Below are positions 53,064 through 64,000 of a stretch of 64,000 nt of DNA, piece by piece. Origin of the DNA: Tubiluchus corallicola (taxonomy: Eukaryota; Animalia; Priapulida); NCBI GenBank assembly GCA_030141605.1, contig JAQGDQ010000118.1, forward strand, positions 310,001-374,000. Reading direction: 5' to 3'. The translations under genes and the position numbers were made by a program. Every line of letters starts with the position of its first letter. Positions within the stretch are counted from its first letter, which is position 1. A model generated the notes under the pieces. The model worked only from the letters and a program-made list of their open reading frames with translations, was not told the DNA's origin and did no database searches.

Positions 53064-56000
53064 AATCACTAAGCACTCACTTAGCTGTTTGTCTACTAGA
53101 ATTTAAGGAAAGAGCTCAATAGCGTACATAGTGTGAATAAAAAAAGGTTATATTTTTTCTGCACTCCAATAAAACCTATTTATCAATTACTGCCTCCCAA
53201 GTATTTTTTTACCTATAATCTAATTTGTTTTTTCTCATTTTACTTTCCTGCTTAATTCATTTCATTTTATTTCCTTGTTTTGCTCTAATGTGTATCATTT
53301 CGTTCCGTCTCATTTCATTCCAGTCTATTCAACACCATGTCACTTAATTTTCCTCCTCTGCAGTGGCTTCTTTTCTCTAACGACATTGCACCAATAATGC
53401 TGTTAAGGACATTGTTGTATAATTACCTTGTTCTCTGGGTAATTATTATTCTGGTAGGAGTAGCGGTGCGTATAGTTTGACAGCGTTCTTTGTTTCATAT
53501 GATTGTGTTCTTTGTATACTTAGCTTCTATGTAGAGGATTACTATAACAAGATCAATGTGATGTGCAATGAAGCAGGAATACACGGGAGAGCAAATACGT
53601 GCTCAGTCTCTTTGATGTGCTAATATGCCGACGTACACTAATGGTGCTCTAACTTTTCTTGTACGCCTATATTACCACATCACGTAACATAGGACCAATT
53701 TTACAACAAAAATGGCTTCTAATGTACCATGCTTTAAAAAACATCTTACGTCTTACATCTTAAGCGTATATTATAGTATTATTATAATAAGCTAATATAT
53801 TATTACAGTTTCCTGACTGTTGTTATACAATAGCGTCAAATTGTTAATAAACTGAGCTGCCTTAGAAACTTCTTATTGTTTCTTGAATGCTTTCTTTAAT
53901 TGCAAAACCTTACAATTATGCTGTATCTTTCGTAATTACGATCTAAGCTTCTTTTAAGCTGGTACTTTTTTGTTCTAGTAACCAAAGTCAAGCTATCTGG
54001 TGCAAAATGCAAAGGAAAGTATCTGCTGCAAAAAAAGGCTCAGCTGTTTAGGTGGGCTTTTAATCGGAAACAATCGGAACACCTCGGGTGTTTTCGTGAA
54101 AAGCACTTTGTGTTTGACACAAGACGCCCGGGATGCATCAGGTGCAATGCAAGGAATTAATTTGTAGTTTTTCGTTTGTAATAAGGCTAAAGCTGTTATT
54201 TAGGCAAGAAACGCACATGTTTCATTCTCCTGAAGCGGCTGATATTTTCAATAACGTTTGAGTAATGAGAAAAAATGGTAAAAACGACTAGGCATTATTG
54301 GTAAGCACCATGATCACCACAGTTATGCATAGTTTAACTAAATGTGCTCGTGCATAGTCTTATATATTAAATATTAATTATTAATTATTAATATTAAAGC
54401 ATTTAATGTTGGCACAGCAGAAAAATTCATTTTAAAATGTACAGCGCAAGAAACAATTAGATAAAACTCTTTTAATATTTACATCCTTATACACTGTAGC
54501 TCATTATGTTCAGCTTTCGTTATATATCTTACCTTGGTGTGAATCGCCTGTACTGATTAAACAATCATTAAAATTTTTCATACCGGGTGCTATATGTGAA
54601 ATTTAGCGATTTCTTTTTCATAGGAAAACTATTTCAGAATTAAAGGAAAAGTTTTTTGCAATTTTGTGAACAACATGTGCTTAAGATAATTGTTTTCTTC
54701 ATAATTATACTGCTAAATAGTGTGGAAGATAGCCAACTGATTATACTGATTCGTGGTGATAGCCTGATATCGGCTTGCACGTATAACAACTGAAGAACAC
54801 TTTAAACATAGGAAACTATGGAAATCTACATGTTGGTGTTTGAAAGTGCCGAAACGTCAGAAAGATTGTTCTAACCCCATGTCACAAACAGACACCTGCT
54901 TGAAAACTGCACGCCAAAAAGTTAATAGTTTTTGCACTAATCCGGGGCATTAACCACCATGTTCATAATCAAGCCCTGATGGGATTATATGCAGTTACGG
55001 GCGCCGACTTTTCCTCCTCAATGAGAAATATTGTATTAAACACGCGCGAGTTAAATTAGGTCCTAATCCACAGGATTTAATCAATTGTTAATGTGGGAAA
55101 GTCCATGATGTTGTAATGGTGGCTTTAGGCCAGACGCGCATGCGCAATTGTCAAAAAAAAATTGACGCAACTTAAAATTTGCAGTTACTTTTGTTATAGC
55201 TCGAAAACTTACGCCTATTCCTCCTTTTCAGCAATCATATAGGTTATTTTTAAAAAGAGGGCTTATACACTGTGTTCCTGCATTTTTCTATGTTACAAAA
55301 GAACGTAAAAGCTACATTTGTTTGTAACGTTTGGAGAAAGCATTCTTATACCTAAACAAAGAAACTTATAAGCGAAACTTATAACAAACAAAATATTTAA
55401 TAGGCATGTTGTCTGACCAAATTTAATAATTCGTTAAACGTTGGCTTTGTATTGGAAGACAGTAATTTGCATAAAATTAATTAAATTATTTAATTTTTTA
55501 TCGAAAGTGCCCTTATTTTATATAAACACTTTCTTCATGGATCTCAACAACATGAAAAAGAAGTAAATTAATTTTTATTTATTGCATATCAAATCACATG
55601 CTTATTAAACAAAGGACAGTAAGCTAGTTAGTAAATTGAAGCGTATGTCATACCTAAAAAGATATAGACAAAATACAATTTGTGGGTGTTTTATATATGT
55701 GTTTTAAAAATGGATCAGATTATAAAATATAAACAACGAAAACAACAATATATGTAAACCACGAATATTTTAACCTCATTACTATGCCCCCGTACATTTT
55801 GGGAATTTATTCAAATTGATACGATATTATAAATAAACATTTTTATCATTTATTTGTTAAAAATTAAACGATTTCTAGGAATTAAAGACAAATAAAAGTT
55901 TCAAATTTTCTTGCCGAATAAATGTAAAATAAACATGCTGCAACAAAATGATGTAGGCCCTGTACACTAGTAAACTAATATAAAGTACTATATGCAATAA

Positions 56001-58603
56001 ACTGCAAGCTATAGTAAAAAAACAAATGCCACCGTGTCATATCCGGTCGTCCTAACTAGACATCCGTCAACGGCGCCTGATCTGCGACATGACAGGTGCA
56101 ACAACTGTCGGCGAAAGTCGGATCGTCTCCCCGGATGATTTCTGAAGCCCAAATTGCGCAATTTTGCTAAATTTGCAGCCATTTCCTCGCGGGAAGTTGA
56201 AATGGATGTGGCCATGTTTGCACGGTGATGAATTGTTAATGGATCTGGTGCTTGTAAGGTTTCTGTGCGCTAAATTGGGCTATTAGGCGACACACGTAAG
56301 CACTATTAGACAAGGATGAGATCTCAGTGTCCCCTACTGACCACACGCAGCCGGATTTGATGAGATTAAATGATAATAATTGCTAATGCTATAATGGTTA
56401 TAGTACAAACAAAACAAACCTATTACGTACATACAAGAAGCCATGTTATCCACACATATTTGGGGAATGAATTGCAAAAAATATTTATAATTATTCCTAT
56501 TTAGCATTTAGTTAAACACATTTATCTGTAACTAAAACTTAGATAAGCGACTTCTTTAAAAAGTGGCATTCCTAGAATAACACATTAACTACTGGCAATG
56601 TCAAGCATCTGGTAGAAAGACTTACAGTCAATCTCAAGTATCTGATCAGAAGAAATCTACAGGCAACCTCAAACATCTTGTCAGAATACGCCTATTGCTA
56701 ATCTCAGTACTAATGTATGAAATTTTAGCAACAATTAAAGTAGGTGCTAAATTTGCTCTTGATAAAAACTAGCGATTTTACTATTTTGTTGTGGCAAAAA
56801 GCGCAAAACTATAGTTCATAAATGTCTGAAATTTGTGTTACATGCATTTCATCACTGTTGTAGTTTAAAATATGCGTATTTAGAAATGTTGATGCCAAAC
56901 TTGAATGACAGGAAACGTAAAAAAGTTGGACCATAAAAGCTATTGAATGCAATGTGATAATTTTTTTAGAAAAGCGTAACTTAAATGAACTTGTTAATGG
57001 GCTCTGCATTAGTTAAGTTTTCATGAGTGCATTCCATGCATAAAATTGCGTGATAGGTATGTGTTTATTTATAAGATGTGTAATTGTAATATTTGTTATC
57101 TGTAATATAATATTTTCTTTGCTTTTGATCTTACTGTTTTGTTTTTAATTTTTCTTGAATATATTTGTTTGTGGCAGTGTGTGTACTAATCCTGTCACTT
57201 TTTAGATAATTTTGTACTTTTTTTATAATTTTTCTGTAAACTATGTGTTCGAAATAAATATATGTATATATAAACTTAGAATTGGACCAGAAACTTTCTG
57301 CTTTCAAGACGTATGTCTTAACCACTAGGCCACCGTGTGCCCCAGTATTTCATACTAATTTATTTAGGAATAAATAACTCTAACGTATCAGAGTGGGGAA
57401 GAACTCTATAAATATAACTGTTCGGCCTCCGCTACATTTTTGTTTGTCTATTTCTTTTATTTCTATTTTAGTTCTTTTTGTTTTATTTTTTAAATCAGAA
57501 TTTATATGTACTTAACTTTTGATCCGATCCTTGCAACTTCATGCGGATCTAACATTTTGACGCGCGTTTTTGCTTTTCGCAAACTGCAAAATTGCTCACA
57601 TATTCCACTGGGCATTCAGTAGTACTGTGAACCCAGGCAAAATTTACGAGACATTACGGAAGCCGCAGGCAGCTGCATGGCATGAAGTTTACCAACAAAC
57701 TCGCCCAAGTTAATGCTGATCTTACCGCTTCAGCTGCTGATAATATGTGATGAGTCTGATTACTTCTGGGTCTCTCTGGTCTCATCGCGTGACATAAACA
57801 TCTAAATTCAGGGTAGATCTTGTGGGTTTAGGGTGTTAGATACTTGGAATGTTCTTCTGATAGCGATAGGTCCATGTGAGTTTTGGTAAGTGAGCCATGG
57901 TCTCTAAAGGACAAATGTAACAAAGTAAGGTCAAAATTCATAGGTCAACTGAAAAGCATTTAAAATAGTGCAACGGTTATGAAATATGTAAGAAGCGGGC
58001 ACGTTTGTCGCAGTCGTTAATGATGGGTCATCAGAAAAGTATTTCTTGTACAAAATGACAACACAAGTCAGGACCAGTAATATAAAATAAGTAGCAGGCG
58101 ACGTAATTCACCCATTCTGCATGGCACACCTTAATCACTGTCAAAAATGACAAAGTAATAAAATAAGGATAATGTTTTGATTTTGGTGAAGTGAGGCTAA
58201 TATGTTAGTTCTTGGGTTTGTTTAGCTCAACTAACTTAACTTAATTTAATAAGAATTACGTTGATGAAGACTCAAGACTGCTTTTTAATAACAGAGAGTT
58301 GATAATGCAAATCCTGGACTAAAAAGCTTGTCATCTTTATATGTTATGGTCTGCTAGCAGTATTCGTTAACAGTTATGTAAATAAGTAAGGTGTGTAAAG
58401 ACATATCTTTCAACCAAGTTACATAGGGGCAACAGGCACTAATAACAAATAACAAAGTGTTTTATATCTCACGACTTAGTTAATGGAAAGCAGAAAAAGG
58501 TGTTCTGCGTTTAGAATTTGATAATTTGAACTCATATTGACATTCATAGTATCATAAAAAGCAAACAACTTTTATTAAAACTTGTAAAATGTTAAAAAAA
58601 CAC

Positions 58604-58647
58604 GTCACATACGTTTCGACTGCAGCCTGCAGTCATCATCAGTGATA
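58604..58647 (-). ncRNA. Degenerate minimal hammerhead ribozyme
   Basis: Reads TCA-CTGATGA-T-GACTGCA(GGC)TGCAGTC-GAAACGTATG-TGA. The core is canonical and stem II is a perfect 7 bp, but position 17 is G, so it is probably non-cleaving. Confidence 0.65.
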
Positions 58648-58741
58648 GATTACACAAACAAACAACCACTTATATAGGCATAGCCTACGATGTATGTACT
58701 GCAAGCTTTGCCTATATAACTGCTTGTTTGTTTGTGTAATC

Positions 58742-58786
58742 TGTCACTGATAATGACTGCAGGCTGCAGTTGAAACGTTTATGACA
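58742..58786 (+). ncRNA. Degenerate minimal hammerhead ribozyme
   Basis: Reads TGTCA-CTGATAA-T-GACTGCA(GGC)TGCAGTT-GAAACGTTTA-TGACA. Stem I is 5 bp with UA at the cleavage site, but the G8A change is uncompensated. Confidence 0.6.
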
Positions 58787-60837
58787 TGCTTTTGAACATT
58801 TTATAAACGTTTAGTGAAAGTTTTCTTTGCTTTTTAAAGACTTATATAGTTGGTGGGCTCAGAAACATATCTAGAGTTAAGTAGCACCGGTATCTGGAAG
58901 TAGTGACATGTGACCAAAGGCATCGTTAAAGTATGAATGTGTATGATTAGTTCTCTTTAGTGCTGCAGTGATCTAAGTAAAGCGGGTGTTTTGACCTCGT
59001 GCAAAATATTCACGAGGAAGACTTCAGTTACATTAATAGTTGTTGCAGCTTTCTTTTTATCGCACGATGCGTCATGAAATATATCCTACCTGCCAGAAAC
59101 ATGAATCCACATTATAGGCATTCATTTGTTGATGAGGAAATGCCTGCTGCTTTCTGAAAATAATCCTCTACTCAAGGATGGAAATTTTCCACTAGCTGAA
59201 CTCTGTTAGTGACATTCAGCATGGATTATCCTGCACTGTCGGCTTCATCTCAAAGCAAACTAGTGAGATATTTAGTGGGAGGTTCATCAAATATGAACAA
59301 TTTGTGACTGGTGGACGTATTGTTAGACTTAGGTGCTCAATGAAGCTAAGAACAACGATGATATTCAGCTTTTGTGGCTATTTATTGATAGTCGATACGA
59401 AAGACGCCTTTTGGCATCGACCCCTTTTACAACTATGATAACAAGGACCGGCCAGAAAAGCTGAATTAAGAACTTTGCGCATGCGTGATCAGAAATGACG
59501 GCATACATCTGATATGAAGTCGAGATCCTAAAATTATTTAGAGAGAGATTATAAACCAACTTGGCAACTCATCTGCCTTATCACACTCTACCCTGCTCTG
59601 ATTATATTAGGATTCCCAAGTCGCGATTATGTATAATAAGGCGAGCCATCTAAATCCTCATTTTCTTGAGGTATACGCAGGATAAAGTTATCACTTTTAC
59701 ATCGATACTTTTTTGTACATTAATAGACTAGAAAAAATCCTAAAAATGTTCTTCTATAAAGTTTTTCTGGGGCGTTTTTTATTAAAAGCGAGCAATATAG
59801 CCTTCTTATCAATTTGACTATGCTGAATCCGAAAAAAGCTGTTGCTAGCTAGAAAAATTGGCTGAAAGGGGTTAAAAACGCAAAGAAATCAAAATAGCCG
59901 CTAAGTTTCTGCACAAACAACGTAAATTAAGACACAACATTTCCACAAAATTAACATTAAGAAGTGATTTTGACATCTATCCCAGGACAGTTGAACCCGA
60001 AGAACTTATTTCTCTAATTTCATTTTCGTTTCATAAATGGTTACTGTTTTCAAAATGAACGTGAGAACGAAATAATGCCGGTTTTGCAGTTAGTCTTGTA
60101 CTTAGTCAACCACTTAAAATATGAAAATTAGTTAGACCTATATTTAAACTAAGTCTCTTGGATCTACACAAGAAATTTCAATATAATCATGATAACAGAG
60201 CACTTCTAGCGCATCGAAATTCGAATCCTTTCATGTTTACAATGAGCGGTTTATAACTAAGGATGTCCCTGAACGTGTTGTTGGAAACTGAACCTCTTTT
60301 ACTCGTGAATCGGTGCCATAAGGCGCCTGTTTCGACGTTTTTGTCCCCTATAGCTGGAGCACAGCCATTACGGTGGGTTGTTTTAGGCGCCTGACAGCCG
60401 CCCTGTCACAAGGGTGTGCGTTTCCGTGCCAGCCGTAACGCCACAAAGTGAGAACAGCCAAAACACGCTTGTACAAAAGTTAACATTTCCACAATGAATG
60501 TGGCTAAAGAAGCCGCCTGCCTTTCGCAAGCCGCTCCATTCGCTTGTAATCAGACTTGAATTCGAAACTCATCGTAAGATTACGAAAAATGTTTCAGTAT
60601 GGCGGCTCGAGTTTCAAAACAAGATATGGCAGCGGGATCTGTAATATCTCAACACAGAGAGCAAGCATCTTGGGGAAAATGTTACTCTAAGATGATTAGC
60701 ACAAACGAAAGAACTCTGAACCAAATCAGTGATTAATACACAATGACATATGACAATAATAACTGTGTTTTATAATTTTTTCCACCATTATGATCGAACC
60801 TAGATTCTTTTACATTCCAAGCAGCTTTGCGTATACT

Positions 60838-62917
60838 CAGGGCCGGATTATCCTCTACGCTCTTTATCTGGTATACTAATAGACAGATTCTCAGATCATC
60901 AACCTTATTTTGCATGCTTTAACAAATTAACACGTAGAATTAACACAAAACAGGAGAAATTCATTACAATACAAAACTCCACAAATATAGAAAAATTGAG
61001 TGAGTTACCAACGGCTTCCGATATTACTTCAAACATTTCACACAAAGACCCGAATGTTAACATAAATTATCTTATTGAGACAATTCAACCTAAAAAGGAG
61101 ATAGTAGCCCCAGTCGGAAAAGTAAAGTTTTATAAGCATAAACACCCACGTAACACTTAGGTTACTAAAGGCATTATTACGTCCATAAAAACAAGGGATC
61201 AAATGTATAAAACTTGTCGCTTTTTAGCTATAGATTCACCATAACTGCATACATACAAAGTTAATATCAGCACTTACAATAAAATCACAAGGAAATTGAT
61301 TCGTACTTCTAAACACAAGTACTACACTAACTATTTCAAGATTTACCGTACAGATCTAGGTAAAACATGGAGAGGGATAAATTAAATAATAAGCAAAACG
61401 AAGAACAAGCAAACATTTCCCGAATAAGTACCTATAAAAAGCAAAAAGGAACACGACAAAACAGTAATTGCAAATAAACTCAATGATCATTTTTCGACCA
61501 ATGTACAAATGATGGTTTTCAACAATACCAGCACAGCATGACTTATCCTTTAATCTTAAGGAAGTAACGTCAGACGAAGCAAATAATGTTATTCAAAGTC
61601 TAAATTCCAAAACAATGGCATACCTTTCAAATTTTTAAGGGATTTAAAATTAGCAAAAGTTACACCCATTTATAAAAAAAGATGAAAAACAATAAGTTAG
61701 CAACTATAGACCAATCTCCATTTTGCGTGTTTCAGTGATCCGCGAAAGAATAATGTTTAATCAACTTTTTGACTATTTCAAAAGTAATACACTGTTATAT
61801 TCACCACAGTATGGTTCTAGAACCCCAGCACTCAGCAGAATTTGCAACACTGGAATTTGTCAACGAAGTAAGAAATATTGAGGTTATGGTGTTTGTCAAT
61901 GCTCCGGGCGGGATATTTCTGGAGTTAACCAAAGCCTTTGACACGTTAAATGATGGCGTTATTCTTTAAAAAAACTATATAAAACTATTATAAAACACCT
62001 GAATATTCGGAGCAGCCTCTTACATACACTATTTCTAATGTGATCAATAAATTTCCCAATAATATAATTGTTTAATAGTAAAAATTATGGCTTAAGCTAC
62101 ATTGTTAAAGAATTAAAAGAGCATTATCTCTCTTCTAATAGTGAATCATGTATTCTACCTGTTTGCTATGTATGCCACTACATTAATGTAACTTAGCGAA
62201 CGTTTTAATATCTGTCATGTTTATGGTCAACATTATTATAAGATGCAAATTTGTTTTTATTTCTTAATAAGATTTGATTATGTTCGGGATTATCATAGAC
62301 TCATTGATTAAGTGCCTGTTTGTTTAAAAGCTACTGCAATTCTTGTACAAGTAAGACTCTTGCATTATTTGAGTGTAACATTTACAATAACTCTTGCATC
62401 ATGTTAAATATTCTGTTCTTTCGGTGGCTGTCACGTCTGCGACCTTACAGGTTTTTTGTGGCATTCTCCTTGACACATTGTATGTGTAATATTTTACGTC
62501 GAATATTGTCAAAATAAATTGTCTATTACTAAATAAGTCTTCTTCTACTACTACTACTACTACTATAGGCTAATATAGGCTGGAGCCTAGGGCCTCTCAA
62601 GCTTGGGACCGGCGGCTATGGTAAAATGAGATAAAAAATCTGTTTTTTCATGTGCTAATTTGGTTTGCAATAAATACTAAAATAGTAGTACAGTATTTCT
62701 TAAAAATATTTTTATTAACAAACAAAAGATAGCTGTTGTAATTTATTTAAAGAATTTTCAATAAGTTTACTTATTCGATTTAAGTAAATGTCGCTAAAAT
62801 ATATCACAAGCAAAAAATATTGAAGACGGGTGCTGGCGAGTTAGAGGGTGTCTCCGTCTGAGGGGGCCCCATAACTTCATTAGTTCTTGGGGCTCAAAAG
62901 GTCATAATCAAGCCCTG
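60838..62917. mobile_element. hAT-like MITE, apparently split by the LINE insertion
   Basis: Left end is CAGGGCCGGATTAT (60838). Right end is ATAATCAAGCCCTG (to 62917; reverse complement CAGGGCTTGATTAT, 12/14 match). Subterminal TAGGCT repeats resume at about 62566. A third end, TCATAATCAAGCCCTG, lies at 54963-54978. Confidence 0.55.
60858..62566 (+). mobile_element. 5'-truncated, internally deleted L2/CR1-group LINE (ORF2 pseudogene, 3' UTR, (CTA)n tail)
   Basis: Fragments include *VTKGIITSIKTRDQMYK, DLGKTWRGIN, IANKLNDHF, DLKLAKVTPIYKK, SNYRPISIL, GIFLELTKAFDTLN (RT motif A) and a C-terminal CILPVCYVC, with many stops and frameshifts. AATAAA and (CTA)n occur at about 62513-62566. The 5' boundary is approximate. 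Confidence 0.88.
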
Positions 62918-64000
62918 GTTATACCACAGATAAAATTCGACTTTATAAGCCTCGCCGTCTAGATTATTATTATATGTAACGGTATAAGTTTCTTTGTGTT
63001 ATTATCTTTCCTGTCTACGAGTAACTAATCATGCTTATAATGTTAACCCCTTCTTTTGTGTCAAAACGTGTAAGGTAATCACTGTTATTACGAAAACCTG
63101 CATGAAGCGCTTCGGTAATTAGAGTGAAATTAAAGATAGGTAACCAAAACTCTTGTTCTTATCAAGAGACCTGTAACTACTGGAGTGATGCTTTTATTAC
63201 CCTTATATACATCGCGAATTAAAAAAATATTTTCTGTAAAAGCACCCGCGCGCAAATGCATAGAGTGGCAAATCATAAACAATTTGAAAAGCGTTTAAAG
63301 TAACTCAGCGAACTGCAATACTTTTAGTTTTAGTTTTACAAAAAGGGCCATCTCGCCACTTGTATTGGTGCAACAAGAAATTTGGAAAAAGCAAAATCTC
63401 GTATAATTTGTCTTTTTTGTTAACAATCAAATTATGGTTTTGGGATAGTCTATGTCACTTACACGCATTTGTGAAAACATCTAAATTTTGCTATTTGCGT
63501 CTCCATTGAGACTGGGGTTGATGTATTTCTAATAAATTATTTTTCAGGGCAACCCTTATTCGTGTGCCGCTTTCATTCGTAGGGTTTTTAACAGCTCAGG
63601 TAACTGATTAGTCTTGGCGGATCAGGTGAACAGGTCGGCTACACAGTCATTTACTCAACATGGGTCCAAAATAAATTACCTGGGCGTTAATTGCAGGTAT
63701 ATATACGTGAGAAGCAAAAAGGCGGTGCAGGTTCTAAAAAAGAACAACAGCTCTCGTAGTATACAATTAGGAGCATCGTGCAGAATTTAATTTACTGGAT
63801 ATAATAATAACCTGCACTGCTGTAGAAAGAAAATTTGTGTGCACAAGCTGTATAGCTGCCGCATAAAAAGTTTTTTTATTAAATTAATTAAATTAGTAAG
63901 ATATTGCATACAGATGTTTTATAGCCAATGGTTCTACAATAGAAATTTATGTGAGGTTTATAGATGATACATTATCTATATTATATATAAAACGTATATT

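Larger units (their letters stand above)
58555..58836. mobile_element. Second, older hammerhead-bearing foldback element (different family)
   Basis: 58555-58680 is an imperfect reverse complement of 58709-58836. Each arm reads outward TGCCTATATAA...TTGTTTGTTTGTGTAATC..TCA-CTGATRA-T-GACTGCAGGCTGCAGTY-GAAACGT...TGAC. The left arm retains a downstream AATAAA. Confidence 0.82.

Overview
This is AT-rich animal genomic DNA, probably from an invertebrate bilaterian; the taxon cannot be fixed from this window. It behaves as a gene desert around one developmental regulator. The only clear host coding sequence is the first coding exon of a Tbx2/3 (omb-type) T-box gene on the minus strand (22133-22515). 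That exon ends at the conserved phase-2 intron in TKSGR. I found no exon 2 by eye, so intron 1 probably exceeds 22 kb. The rest consists of GC-richer candidate cis-regulatory islands, microsatellites, two copies of a tRNA-derived SINE, 5S-like fragments, MITE-like elements, an RTE-clade LINE remnant and an L2/CR1-type LINE remnant apparently nested in a hAT-like MITE. The most notable observation is two unrelated ~300 bp foldback elements (40033-40337 and 58555-58836) with the same design. Each arm carries an outward-pointing minimal type I hammerhead ribozyme motif, usually followed by AATAAA, as in Penelope-like pseudo-LTRs and retrozymes. The 40 kb copy looks intact in both arms and has the compensatory U3-A8 core variant plus a palindromic (dimer-type) stem III. 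Almost all entries in the ORF track are spurious. All calls were made by eye, with no database searches.
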